This document shows, in pieces, positions 37,857 to 47,255 of a stretch of DNA of 60,316 bases. Position 1 is the first letter of the stretch; each line of letters starts with the position of its first letter. Under the pieces are notes generated by a model. That model did no database searches. It had not been told where the DNA came from and was given only the letters and a program-made list of their open reading frames with translations. Source of the stretch: a virus (lineage: Duplodnaviria; Caudoviricetes); IMG/VR virus record IMGVR_UViG_3300018080_000195, positions 1-60,316 of that record; one strand, 5' to 3'. The position numbers and the translations under genes were made by a program.

Positions 37857-38786
37857 ATGGAAAAGCAAGATCAAGAAGTACAGGCCATGCTGGACGAGAT
37901 GAACAGAGTCAAAGCGATCCGGCTCGACGTGCGTGAGCGGTATCCGGAGACGAAGTTCCCGGACGTGTACAAGGAGCCGATCTGGATTGGACGCGACCGG
38001 AACGATATCGAGTTACAGAAGGACAGCGTTGCGATCTGCGGCTCCTTCAATGAGGATCACTCGGACAGGATTCGCTACGCCTACGGATCGAACCAGTACA
38101 AGATCGTGACCCATGAGGAAGCGATCACGAGCATTGAAGCCGCTCTGCTGGACATGCCCGAGTTCGGAGATCCGAAGATCCAAGTCAGCCTGCTGAACGA
38201 AGGAGCCTTGCTGAGAGCAAGAGTCACCTTCCCTGACTGCAAGTACGAGATCCGAGAGAAGGAGCCCGTCAATCCGCAGTCGAACCTCTTCAACTCCTAC
38301 GACATGAGCAAGAGACTGTTGAGCCAGTTCGGAGCGAAGGAGCTAGTCTGCTCCAACGGACTCATGGCATTCAAAGTCCGTACATCCATCGGACAGAAGC
38401 ATCGGCTCAACATCGACGTAGGATACATCACTCGGGAGATCCAGTCCGGGATGCAGCAGTTCAGCGAACAAGTTGGACTCTGGCAACACTGGGCAAAGAA
38501 GGAGTTGAAGGAACCCGAATGGATACAAGTGTGGGAAGCACTTCCATTCGGAGGAAAGAAGAACGAACTCGGCGAGGAGACAGGACGCTACCGAGAGCAA
38601 CTGTTGGACTATCCGAGGAAGCTGGACCGGAAGACGATCCGCGGCATGTTGAAGGAAGGAACAGTCAATGCGTGGGACGCTCACTCGATCATCACGCAGT
38701 TCATCAGCCATGAGATCGACAGCGAGAATGTGCAGATCGACAAGACCAAGGACGTAGCAAAGGTATTCCATCGACTCGTCAACTAG
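37857..38786 (+). CDS. DUF932-like phage/plasmid protein
   Basis: SNQYKIVTHEE, NSYD, LVCSNGL, KH motifs. Confidence 0.75.
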   Translation: MEKQDQEVQAMLDEMNRVKAIRLDVRERYPETKFPDVYKEPIWIGRDRNDIELQKDSVAICGSFNEDHSDRIRYAYGSNQYKIVTHEEAITSIEAALLDMPEFGDPKIQVSLLNEGALLRARVTFPDCKYEIREKEPVNPQSNLFNSYDMSKRLLSQFGAKELVCSNGLMAFKVRTSIGQKHRLNIDVGYITREIQSGMQQFSEQVGLWQHWAKKELKEPEWIQVWEALPFGGKKNELGEETGRYREQLLDYPRKLDRKTIRGMLKEGTVNAWDAHSIITQFISHEIDSENVQIDKTKDVAKVFHRLVN

Positions 38787-38890
38787 AAAGGAGGAAGGGG
38801 AGCCGTGAGAAGCTCCCCGCTCCTATCATCCACATAAGCAGCGGGTTTATGTGGATGACTGGAGCCAATGTAAGAGAAAGGAGGTTGAAC

Positions 38891-39256
38891 ATGAACAAAG
38901 AAACCAGAACACCGGGATGGGGAGCAGCATGGCTGCTTCCGAAGGAGTGGTCCGCAGCATGGGGAGCACGGGCCATAGCTGACGAAGAGTACGATCCGAA
39001 GCGCAGCAAATGGGAAGCTCCGATGCACAGAGCGAGCCTTCTCGCAGACAGACAGTCAGCATCAGGAAAGAACGAAGCCGTCAGAAAGTTGCTCGACTGG
39101 ATCAATGAGAATGTGCTGCCAATCAGGATGATTTATGACGGATGCAGCAGAGAGGTCACAGTCGTAGATGACGGCGAGTTTCATGCACGATGGACGCCGA
39201 ATGCGAGCTTCGGCTATATCTACATCGTTGCATGGATGGACAAGCCGGATGGGTAG
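38891..39256 (+). CDS. hypothetical protein
   Basis: AGGAGG RBS; AWGARAI...TPNASFGYIYIVAW. Confidence 0.7.
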   Translation: MNKETRTPGWGAAWLLPKEWSAAWGARAIADEEYDPKRSKWEAPMHRASLLADRQSASGKNEAVRKLLDWINENVLPIRMIYDGCSREVTVVDDGEFHARWTPNASFGYIYIVAWMDKPDG

Positions 39257-39443
39257 ACGTAATCCTCTTCCTAAGTATGAACGGGACGAGGACAAACTCG
39301 GTGACCCCATGCTGAAGATGCTGGAGCCGGAGGAGGACACAACTACGTTCTGGTACGACTTCACCCATCTCGACTGGAAGGAGATTGTTGCTATCCTGAT
39401 AGTAGCAGCATGGCTCCTCTATTGCGTTTACACCTACAACTGA
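39249..39443 (+). CDS. small membrane protein
   Basis: C-terminal hydrophobic IVAILIVAAWLLYCV. Confidence 0.55.
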   Translation: MGRRNPLPKYERDEDKLGDPMLKMLEPEEDTTTFWYDFTHLDWKEIVAILIVAAWLLYCVYTYN

Positions 39444-39459
39444 AGAAAGGAGAAAGAGA

Positions 39460-40038
39460 ATGACGACACGAAAGGAGTGGCCCCACACAGCATCGTTGCT
39501 AACGTGTATGTCCACAGCATCCGGCACCTCCATACAAGAGGCAAAGTACTGTCTCCTCGGAGCCGCTGTGATGATGATGGACACACATCACCTGAGAACT
39601 ATCGGCGAAGCTGCGGACTACTTGCTGCCGCTGTTTCCGAAAGAGTTTCGAATCGAAGCTATCCCCTATGACTGGCTCGGCCTTGAGGAGGAGATCACTC
39701 TCGATTTCTTGGAGAAGATCACACCGTTCGCTACGCTGTGGGATGCTCTCTCGGAGGAAGAGAAACGAGCGAATCCGGACCTGTACGCAGAACTGCTGCG
39801 CCGCTATGTGTACGTTGTAGCAAGTATGTTCCGTGAGCACCGGAGATATGAACAAGCGGACAGTAGACTCTTTACGTGGCGCCAAGCAGGAACACAGTGG
39901 CTCGCAGAATGGGAAGTCAATGACTTGTCCTTGCCAAACAATCCGAACAAAGTGAACTGGCACCTGCAGAACACGTCACAGTGGAGATACGCTGGCTGCT
40001 TGCTCGTGCAAGACGGCCGAGTCTCCGTCCACACATAG
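39460..40038 (+). CDS. hypothetical protein
   Basis: 192 aa, RBS. Confidence 0.7.
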   Translation: MTTRKEWPHTASLLTCMSTASGTSIQEAKYCLLGAAVMMMDTHHLRTIGEAADYLLPLFPKEFRIEAIPYDWLGLEEEITLDFLEKITPFATLWDALSEEEKRANPDLYAELLRRYVYVVASMFREHRRYEQADSRLFTWRQAGTQWLAEWEVNDLSLPNNPNKVNWHLQNTSQWRYAGCLLVQDGRVSVHT

Positions 40039-40052
40039 CGAGAAGGAGGGAC

Positions 40053-40310
40053 ATGACACGGAATCGGCGAGCACGATACTTCACCTATGTAGGATCGTAT
40101 GACGGAGCGATCCGAATGGGTCAATCCTGGGTCCGTGCGAACAACCTGCACAGGATTGACAAGACCGGAATGATCCGCTGGCAGGGGGTTCCCTCGGAAG
40201 CCCTCAGTCGGGCACTCACGGAGCAGGACCCGACTGAGGCCGAAGAACTCATTCCTGGCCGGAGACTAAAGAAAGGAGGGGCAGTAAGTGTCAAAGGAGG
40301 TCGAATGTAA
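40053..40310 (+). CDS. hypothetical protein
   Basis: AGGAGG RBS; MTRNRRARYF. Confidence 0.6.
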   Translation: MTRNRRARYFTYVGSYDGAIRMGQSWVRANNLHRIDKTGMIRWQGVPSEALSRALTEQDPTEAEELIPGRRLKKGGAVSVKGGRM

Positions 40311-40455
40311 AGTCTACAACTGTCCTTTATGTGAACTTGGGGCTGAAAGAATGATAGAAATCCCAATTTGGGACCATGAAAGTATGTCAGTGAAAATGTA
40401 TAGACTAAGCGAAGACCTAGCAAAGAAACTAGGCTTCATCAGAGAGGAGGCATAG

Positions 40456-41250
40456 ATGCGAGTACTATCAATAGACTGGGACTACTTCCTTCCAGATGTT
40501 GCCATGTACGATTGGGGGCACCGCGAGAGCAAGTTCTTCGTGGAGTCCTCATGGTCGCTACGCTGTGGCTCCCACAACCTGTTGACTGGAGAGCGAGCAC
40601 TGGAGTCCGTGAACCCGGATAAGAAGCTACTTCATAACTTCTGGGAGAAGCGAGTCAGTGGCTCAGGACTCGCTATGCTTGTTGCAGAGTCACACGCAAC
40701 GATGTACTACTGGCTCAGAGACTTCACAATCAGCGAAGTAGTGAACTTTGACCAGCACCATGACTTGGGATATCCATCCGCAAAAGGAGAACTGGACTGC
40801 GGAAACTGGGCCGGAAAGATGATCAACGAAGGAAGGATCAAACGCTACACCCTCGTCTATCCACCTTGGAGAAGGAACAAGAAGCAGAGAGAGGATCTGC
40901 CGAAAAAGAAGAAGGGGGTAGTGGAAATCTTCCACGATGCCGAAGCTGTGCCTCGTGAAGAGTATGATGCAATCTTCATCTGTCGGAGCGGTGCATGGAC
41001 TCCATCCTGGTGCGACAAGGACTTCACGAAGTTCGTCCGATACTGGGTCGGATATCCTGTCTGGGATCACGTCCGATTCTCTGACTACAATCCTATGATT
41101 CTGCGCTCTCCGGACAGAGAGGAGGCAAAGCATCTAGCAGATGAGCATGAGCGTCTACACACGAACCTCGACGCTCTGAACGCTATCAAGGAAGAGCATC
41201 AGAGACAGAAGAAGGAAGAGGAGCCTAAGAAGGAGACAAAGGAGAAGTAA
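40456..41250 (+). CDS. UPF0489 / arginase-deacetylase-fold metallohydrolase-like protein
   Basis: VLSIDWDYF, ESHA, VNFDQHHDL, LDCGNW, FICRSGAWTP. Confidence 0.75.
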   Translation: MRVLSIDWDYFLPDVAMYDWGHRESKFFVESSWSLRCGSHNLLTGERALESVNPDKKLLHNFWEKRVSGSGLAMLVAESHATMYYWLRDFTISEVVNFDQHHDLGYPSAKGELDCGNWAGKMINEGRIKRYTLVYPPWRRNKKQREDLPKKKKGVVEIFHDAEAVPREEYDAIFICRSGAWTPSWCDKDFTKFVRYWVGYPVWDHVRFSDYNPMILRSPDREEAKHLADEHERLHTNLDALNAIKEEHQRQKKEEEPKKETKEK

Positions 41251-41282
41251 CAGGGAGAAAATTCCAGAAAGGAGGAAGAGAC

Positions 41283-41645
41283 ATGGCAGACAAGAAGCAG
41301 AAGTACACGATGACACAGAAAGAGGCTCAAACGATGGTGGACTCCATCGTGAAGTGGGAGAAGTGGAAGCCCGCTTACGAGTACGACAGCTTTCCACCAG
41401 GAGAGTGCCCGTTGTGTGAACTCGCTACGAAGAGAAAGAAGGCTGTTGTGAAGAAAGGGGGCAGTTCGCATCAAACCATCTGCCGCAGTGGAGCCGGATG
41501 CCCAGTCTACAGATTCACAGGAGAAGATCTTTGTGGTGGCACACTGTATCACATGAGAATACCAGCACTTGAGAAGCGCAAAGACACAATCAAACTCGGC
41601 TACAAGTTGCTCAACAAGGCAGGATACGAAGTCAAGGAGGTCTAA
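41283..41645 (+). CDS. Cys-rich hypothetical protein (tandem paralog A)
   Basis: MTQKEA...KWEK...CPLC...CPVYRFTG...C.GT...AGY. Confidence 0.75.
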   Translation: MADKKQKYTMTQKEAQTMVDSIVKWEKWKPAYEYDSFPPGECPLCELATKRKKAVVKKGGSSHQTICRSGAGCPVYRFTGEDLCGGTLYHMRIPALEKRKDTIKLGYKLLNKAGYEVKEV

Positions 41646-41656
41646 ACAATGAACTC

Positions 41657-41775
41657 GACTCCACCGCTCTATACTGGGGACCAGTGTTTTCTGATGGGTC
41701 CTTCATGAGCCCATCAGCCGACTTGCTCCGTCGGGACTCCTTTCGCATTGGTCCTCAGTCTAGAGCGGTGGAGTC
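41657..41775 (+). ncRNA. candidate structured RNA (long stem plus two hairpins)
   Basis: 15-bp perfect stem plus a 14-bp extension with two G-U pairs; inner hairpins CTGATGGG / CCCATCAG and CCGAC / GTCGG. Confidence 0.55.
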
Positions 41776-41799
41776 ACACAGGAAAGGAGGAAATAGAAC

Positions 41800-42132
41800 A
41801 TGGCAAGAAAAGACTTCAGCATGACACAGAAGGAAGCAGACCTCGTTGTAGAAGCGATGGTCTCATGGGAGAAGATGGTAGGACAAACAAGTTATCGCAA
41901 TGACCCTTGCGTATTATGTCACGGAGGAAAGACGGTCCCACGCGGTACTCCCTGCGTGTGTACGACGAGAACTCCTGAGAAGTGCCCTGTATACAGATAC
42001 ACGGGCAAACACAGTTGCTACGGAACTGGATTCTACCGCATAGACCGTTCCAGAGCAGCAAGGATCGTCGGGTTTGCCAAGAAGATGCTCGACGATGCAG
42101 GATACAGAATCGGCTGGACACGAGTAAAATAA
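41800..42132 (+). CDS. Cys-rich hypothetical protein (tandem paralog B)
   Basis: MTQKEA...SWEK...CVLC...CPVYRYTG...C.GT...AGY. Confidence 0.75.
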   Translation: MARKDFSMTQKEADLVVEAMVSWEKMVGQTSYRNDPCVLCHGGKTVPRGTPCVCTTRTPEKCPVYRYTGKHSCYGTGFYRIDRSRAARIVGFAKKMLDDAGYRIGWTRVK

Positions 42133-42149
42133 CAGAAAGGAGGTACTAC

Positions 42150-42347
42150 ATGGAGGTCAAGTGCGCTTACTGCGGTCGTGTGCGTGAGAAGCAGATGTTC
42201 GTCATCGGTGCGTCCAAGGACGTTGACTGGGTGATGAACGAGGGCACAGGCAAGACGAACTGCGACGATCCTGTCTGCTGGGAGAAAGGACGTGAGGAAG
42301 GTCGCAGAGCAGTGGAGCGGCATACAGGACTCAAGGAAAGGGGGTGA
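42150..42347 (+). CDS. small zinc-binding protein
   Basis: CAYCG...CDDPVC; AGGAGG RBS. Confidence 0.65.
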   Translation: MEVKCAYCGRVREKQMFVIGASKDVDWVMNEGTGKTNCDDPVCWEKGREEGRRAVERHTGLKERG

Positions 42348-42351
42348 AGTA

Positions 42352-42612
42352 GTGGCAGATCCGAAGTTCTTCCAAACAAACATGGGCAGAAAGTTCTACG
42401 AGATCACGATGCCGCAGATTGCGAGAGCCCTGGAGCGGATCGCAGACAACTTGGAGAAGCAGAAAGGCATCGGAATCTGGGAGTGTACGGAGTGTGGACA
42501 CCGTGAAGAGTTGAATTACGAAGACGCTATCGTTATCGGCACTCCTTACTGCTCTCCTTGCAACACGAAGCGTGGACGGCTAGAGCAGATGGAACTACTA
42601 ACAATGAAGTGA
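42352..42612 (+). CDS. hypothetical protein with zinc ribbon
   Basis: FFQTNMGRKFYE...ALERIAD; CTECG...CSPC. Confidence 0.65.
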   Translation: MADPKFFQTNMGRKFYEITMPQIARALERIADNLEKQKGIGIWECTECGHREELNYEDAIVIGTPYCSPCNTKRGRLEQMELLTMK

Positions 42613-42628
42613 AAGGAGGTACAAGAAA

Positions 42629-43006
42629 ATGGGAGACAGAGGAAACGTAAAGGTTGATGGAGTCTACTTGTATACACACGACATGGGAACTTCCCTTCCG
42701 TTCGTGGTCAAGCGAGCACTCAGAAAGCAGTGGAGATGGGACGACTCTGCGTACCTCGCACGAATCATCTTTTGCGAGATGATCAAAGGGCGCGAACAAG
42801 ACGAATTCGGCTTCGGAATCAGCACTCAGCCATGCGATTGGAATCACCCAACGATTGACGTGGACTGCGAAGCCAACAAGGTCTTCATCATAGAGGAGTC
42901 CTTCTCCGAAAAGAAGGGACAGACGCTCGTAGCAATCCCATTCAGAGATTTCATCGAGATGCAGGATACCCAACTGCGAGAGTTGCTGCAAGGAGTTCGA
43001 TATTAG
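42629..43006 (+). CDS. hypothetical phage protein
   Basis: MGDRGNV...VYLYTH...RWDDSAYLARIIFCEM...FGIS. Confidence 0.75.
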   Translation: MGDRGNVKVDGVYLYTHDMGTSLPFVVKRALRKQWRWDDSAYLARIIFCEMIKGREQDEFGFGISTQPCDWNHPTIDVDCEANKVFIIEESFSEKKGQTLVAIPFRDFIEMQDTQLRELLQGVRY

Positions 43007-43268
43007 ACGCCGGAGAAGGAACAGAGACATTCGTGAGTGCGTAGGATGTGGGTACTGCTGTCTGAAAGCACCATGTGCTGTCGGAGTACACTTCCATAGG
43101 CTAGAAGTAGGACAGCGGTGCCCATCACTACGTTGGCTGGAAGCGGAGAGGAGATATGTCTGTCGTCTTCCATTCCGGGACAGAAAGTACTACAAACTCC
43201 TTGGAATTGGGCAAGGATGTGGCTCCTCTCTCAACACATGGCGCAAAGACGTAAAGGAAAGGGGGTGA
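43002..43268 (+). CDS. Cys-cluster protein (YkgJ-like CxGCGxCC) with probable ATT start
   Basis: Hand translation ...IRECVGCGYCCLKAPC...RCPSL...YVC...IGQGCGSSLNTWR; absent from the ORF track. Confidence 0.6.
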   Translation: MRRRRRNRDIRECVGCGYCCLKAPCAVGVHFHRLEVGQRCPSLRWLEAERRYVCRLPFRDRKYYKLLGIGQGCGSSLNTWRKDVKERG

Positions 43269-43269
43269 C

Positions 43270-43458
43270 GTGGACACACCAATCTATTGTAAAGTACACA
43301 GACAGCAGCCGCTTACTGTCGAATACACAAATGGACGGTATGAAGCTGAGCCGTGTCATCTGTATATCGCTGTAGCAATGGTGAAAGTCAAGAGGAGACT
43401 TCGCCAGAACATGCAGGATTGCCTAGACAAGTCAGTGCTAGTGCAAGAGAGGAGGTGA
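43270..43458 (+). CDS. hypothetical protein
   Basis: GTG start right after the previous stop. Confidence 0.5.
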   Translation: MDTPIYCKVHRQQPLTVEYTNGRYEAEPCHLYIAVAMVKVKRRLRQNMQDCLDKSVLVQERR

Positions 43459-43462
43459 TTGT

Positions 43463-43678
43463 ATGGCAAAGCCTAGCGAGAAACATCCAGACATGACACG
43501 CCAACTGGATGACATCGGCAGGAAGCAGTTTGGACGAAGCAGAACAGAGTCCATTGAGCGGGACATCTGTTTGTTCTGCGGAGAGCCAGCGATAGAGTTC
43601 CGGGACGCATTGAGCGAGAAGGAATATACGATCTCGGCCCTCTGTCAGAAGTGCCAAGACGACATATTCGGCAAGTGA
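43463..43678 (+). CDS. small zinc-binding protein
   Basis: CLFCG...FRDALSEKEYTISALCQKCQD. Confidence 0.75.
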   Translation: MAKPSEKHPDMTRQLDDIGRKQFGRSRTESIERDICLFCGEPAIEFRDALSEKEYTISALCQKCQDDIFGK

Positions 43679-43838
43679 TTTAGCTGAGTGATCCGGCTAA
43701 GTCGCATTCGTAGGCTCAATCGGATTTTCTGGGCCACTCAGAGGTACATGGGAGGCACGGATGCGGGTCACGCGGCATACACGTAAACCGATACGTCGCC
43801 ATCCGGCGATGTGGGTACCAATGGAGGAAAAACGCACC

Positions 43839-44531
43839 ATGAATGAATTTAGCGTAATCGTTGGCGACTGTAGGGAAAAAATGTCTGAGGTCGGCACGGT
43901 TGACTACATATTCACCGGGCCACCGGACTTCGATGAAGTAGGACTCAATCCAAAGAGCACGAAGGACTACATAGCATATTATGCACTGCTCAAGAGAGCA
44001 TTCGATGAGATGGTCCATGTCACTCCTGTTATCACTGTCGCTATCACAGACAGGAAGTGCGATGGGGAGATCATCCCTAAACACGCAATCGTACAAGATT
44101 TACTCCGAACACATGGATGGAGATGCATATCACACAAGATCTGGAGCAAGTCGATGAAACGTAACTTGTACCGTCTTACATACACACACATCATGTCCTT
44201 TGCAAAGGGAACAGTGAAGCAGAACCACCCCAACGTGTATGAGATAGACGTTCTCCATGCAAAGGAACAGAAGTGGCAAGGATACTCCTACGGGATCAAT
44301 GAGGAGGTCGTCTGGCCCTTCATCCTCAACTTCACGAATGAAGGAGACACTGTGCTCGATCCGTTCCTTGGATCTGGCACTACTGCGGTCGTGTGCTTGC
44401 AGAACAATAGGAACTGCATCGGCATCGAGATCTGCTCAGTCACAGCAGAGATAGCACAAAAGCGGGTCTCCTCTCAAGGACGGATTCCAAGAGCGAGAAA
44501 ATTTTTCGAAGAGCGAGAAAATTTTGATTAG
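43839..44531 (+). CDS. N4/N6 DNA methyltransferase-like (beta order), atypical motif IV
   Basis: VDYIFTGPPDF ... VLDPFLGSGTT ... IGIEI. Confidence 0.85.
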   Translation: MNEFSVIVGDCREKMSEVGTVDYIFTGPPDFDEVGLNPKSTKDYIAYYALLKRAFDEMVHVTPVITVAITDRKCDGEIIPKHAIVQDLLRTHGWRCISHKIWSKSMKRNLYRLTYTHIMSFAKGTVKQNHPNVYEIDVLHAKEQKWQGYSYGINEEVVWPFILNFTNEGDTVLDPFLGSGTTAVVCLQNNRNCIGIEICSVTAEIAQKRVSSQGRIPRARKFFEERENFD

Positions 44532-44609
44532 TAAGTCAAACTAGACACTTAAAAAATCTTTATTTTTTACTTGCATCCATATACTAGCTATGCTAAAAAG
44601 GAGATCGTC

Positions 44610-44801
44610 TTGAAAAAGCAAATCGTAAGCATCACGCTCGATCCGACCGATCTGAAGGAAGTAAAGCGCATCGCACGGAGAAAAGAAAGGAGTGTCAGCT
44701 ACATGATCAATCTCTTTATCAAGCAAGGTCTACAACGTCCGTCCGTCATGGAAAGAGTTATCAGACGTGATCCTACAGCAAGGAGGTACGCAGGGCAATG
44801 A
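44610..44801 (+). CDS. ribbon-helix-helix transcriptional regulator
   Basis: TTG start; IVSITLD...ARRKERSVSYMINLFIKQGL. Preceded by a TTTACT-N17-TATGCT promoter-like sequence. Confidence 0.75.
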   Translation: MKKQIVSITLDPTDLKEVKRIARRKERSVSYMINLFIKQGLQRPSVMERVIRRDPTARRYAGQ

Positions 44802-45118
44802 TCATATGCGGACTGTGTGCAAACTTCCGGCTCAGTGTTGACGATAAGTACTTCTTCACACAAACCAGGACGGAGGATGCAACAACTGTCGCGCTGTTCA
44901 AGAAATGCTCGAAACACGGACTCGTACACGAAACATTCGTCGGCTGTGATGACTACGAACCAACGAAGTCGTTCTACTGCGCTAGACTTGAGTGCTACAT
45001 AGGAACAACGATCTGCCTTGCGAATCAGACACAGTGCAAGGACGAATGTGAAGAGTGCGTCCAAGGAGAACTTGTGATTGAAGCAATGAGAGGTGTGCAA
45101 TGCTACGAATTGAAGTGA
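44798..45118 (+). CDS. Cys-rich hypothetical protein
   Basis: CGLCANF...C...C, ATGA overlap. Confidence 0.65.
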   Translation: MIICGLCANFRLSVDDKYFFTQTRTEDATTVALFKKCSKHGLVHETFVGCDDYEPTKSFYCARLECYIGTTICLANQTQCKDECEECVQGELVIEAMRGVQCYELK

Positions 45119-46512
45119 TTGACGCTGTTCACAGTCGCGTCACGGAGGATGACGCTCAAGTCATCCAAAACTGCTTGTCCTATCCTGCTGCATTCTGGAG
45201 GCCGCAGACTGTAGCTATAAACAAGAGGACAGGGCAGCCGATCAAGAAGAAAGTCCGAATGGACTACATGAAGGACGTTTTCACATCAAGGAGAAACGGC
45301 TATAAGTACTTCCACACTGGACTCGTTCCTCGAATACAACAGTACTGTGCTGAGATAGATTGTCCTTCCTCCGTCCTTAATCCCATGAGTGATATTGAGC
45401 TTGACTTCTCACAGCCGTATCTATCAGACATAACATTGAGAGAGGATCAACTCAAACTTGTATTTGATGCTTGCAAAAACCGGAGAGGAATAATCCAAGC
45501 TCCTACTGGAACAGGAAAGACTGTCATACAGATGGCACTCCGCTCCGCATTCGCTCACTACAGAACGCTCATCCTTGCACATACAAAGAGCATCGTGGAG
45601 CAGACGTTCGCAGAACTCAACAAGCACGGCTTTAGCAATGTCCAGATCATCGGAGCAGGACACTCTCATCAGCGCGGTCTCTTCGGAGACACAGTAGTCG
45701 CTACAATGCAGAGTTTCGTCAAGATTCCAGCAATGGAGCGGGCAGACTACTTCGAAGTCGTGCTTGTGGACGAAGCGCACCATGTTGTACGTCCGGAAGG
45801 AGTATACGCAAAGATACTCCGCACACTCCTCAGTCCTATCCGACTTGGATTCACTGCGACTGTTCCAACAGCTACAGAGGCAGTCCTGACGATGGAGGGC
45901 CACCTCGGGCCCGTCATCGGACAGCAAACGATACAGGAAGCAGCAGAATTGGAGATCCTAGCAAAGCCGCGGATCCGATTGCTCAAGTCTACATACAGCA
46001 ATCGAGTACACGACATCCGGAGATACGAAGACGTATACGTTGAAGGGATCGTGATGAACCGTCAACGGAACCGGATGATTGCTGAGTGTGTTCAGGATTA
46101 TGTGAAGGAAGGAAAGACAGTGCTGATCCTAGTGACTCGACTTGAGCACGGGGACAATCTCTCACACATACTGAACACAGTGCTTGGAGTTCCGACAGAG
46201 TTCGTGGAAGGAAGCACGGAAAGCGATGCACGAGAGATCGTCAAGGAAGCAATGATTCAGAAGGAACAGAAGTGTGTCATAGCTACAGCAGTATGGAGGG
46301 AGGGCATAAACATCCCGTCCCTGGACGTTGTGATCAACGCTTGCGGAGGAAAGTCGGAGATCATGACCCTGCAAGCGATAGGACGTGGACTCCGGAAGAC
46401 TGACGAGAAGGATGAAGTCGTGATTGTGGACATCTTTGACCCGTCACATTACTATCTTGTCAATCATTTCGGACAGAGAGTTACACTCTACATGGATCAA
46501 GGATGGATGTGA
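45100..46512 (+). CDS. superfamily 2 helicase (UvsW-like)
   Basis: APTGTGKT, VDEAH, GFTAT, EGINIPSL, QAIGRGLR. Confidence 0.93.
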   Translation: MLRIEVIDAVHSRVTEDDAQVIQNCLSYPAAFWRPQTVAINKRTGQPIKKKVRMDYMKDVFTSRRNGYKYFHTGLVPRIQQYCAEIDCPSSVLNPMSDIELDFSQPYLSDITLREDQLKLVFDACKNRRGIIQAPTGTGKTVIQMALRSAFAHYRTLILAHTKSIVEQTFAELNKHGFSNVQIIGAGHSHQRGLFGDTVVATMQSFVKIPAMERADYFEVVLVDEAHHVVRPEGVYAKILRTLLSPIRLGFTATVPTATEAVLTMEGHLGPVIGQQTIQEAAELEILAKPRIRLLKSTYSNRVHDIRRYEDVYVEGIVMNRQRNRMIAECVQDYVKEGKTVLILVTRLEHGDNLSHILNTVLGVPTEFVEGSTESDAREIVKEAMIQKEQKCVIATAVWREGINIPSLDVVINACGGKSEIMTLQAIGRGLRKTDEKDEVVIVDIFDPSHYYLVNHFGQRVTLYMDQGWM

Positions 46513-46745
46513 TGGGCACAACAGACTATAAAATGGGCACTGGAAAAGTAACTGTAATTTTTACGGACGGCTGTGTACTGAAAATGGACGCAGCAAATGC
46601 CACCATCTCAATGAATCCTGAGAATCTACACAACGATGCTATCATCACACTCGTATCCGGTTCATTTACAATAAGGACACCGCACCAAGTTACAAAATGG
46701 AACAAAGAAGAAGGCGTTGTGTACAAACATTGGACGGATGAGTAG
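46512..46745 (+). CDS. hypothetical protein
   Basis: Coupled to the helicase stop; AT-richer codons. Confidence 0.5.
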   Translation: MGTTDYKMGTGKVTVIFTDGCVLKMDAANATISMNPENLHNDAIITLVSGSFTIRTPHQVTKWNKEEGVVYKHWTDE

Positions 46746-46759
46746 TAGAGGGAGAACCC

Positions 46760-47047
46760 ATGGAAAGACGAATCTTCAAGTACAAGTTAATGGCATCTTC
46801 TCTAATCTTCGTAAACCCAACAATTGTCGAACTGGAAATACCAGAGTTTGCAACATTTTTAAGTGTACAGATGCAAGACAACTCCCTTGTGGTGTGGGCA
46901 TCTGTACTCCCAGAAGAAAAGTATGTAAAAAGAATATTTCACATTGTCGGAACGGGAGGAGCAGAGCCGGAAAGACCATTCTTTTACCTCGGAACCGCGC
47001 AGGATCACAACCTCGTTTATCATGTATTCTATGAATGGGAAAAGTAA
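46760..47047 (+). CDS. hypothetical phage protein
   Basis: IFKYKL...LSVQMQ...VWA.V...FHIVGTG...YLGTAQ...LVYHVF. Confidence 0.75.
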   Translation: MERRIFKYKLMASSLIFVNPTIVELEIPEFATFLSVQMQDNSLVVWASVLPEEKYVKRIFHIVGTGGAEPERPFFYLGTAQDHNLVYHVFYEWEK

Positions 47048-47058
47048 GGAGACTGGAA

Positions 47059-47253
47059 ATGCATCTCGTATTGAAGCGGCAAGACACTCCTGGCAGACCC
47101 GCGCTGTGTCCAGTATGTAAAGTACGGATAGCGAAGAGCGAACTCCGACTGGAGACTCACTTGTACGGTGAGCAGAGCAGGCAGTTCCACCTCTCATGTG
47201 CCAAGATTCTTGCAGCAAAGATCATCAATCTTGTGGAGACGGAAAGGAGGTGA
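47059..47253 (+). CDS. PARP-type zinc-finger-like small protein
   Basis: CPVCKVRIAKSELRL...FHLSC. Confidence 0.6.
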   Translation: MHLVLKRQDTPGRPALCPVCKVRIAKSELRLETHLYGEQSRQFHLSCAKILAAKIINLVETERR

Positions 47254-47255
47254 GC

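Noticed and set aside
38790-38860. Twin hairpins as a novel ncRNA
   Set aside because: Short intergenic stems (GGGGAGC / GCTCCCC, CATCCACATAA / TTATGTGGATG) are adequately explained as terminator or processing hairpins.
43680-43830. tRNA or known riboswitch
   Set aside because: No cloverleaf, T-loop or riboswitch consensus that I could recognise.
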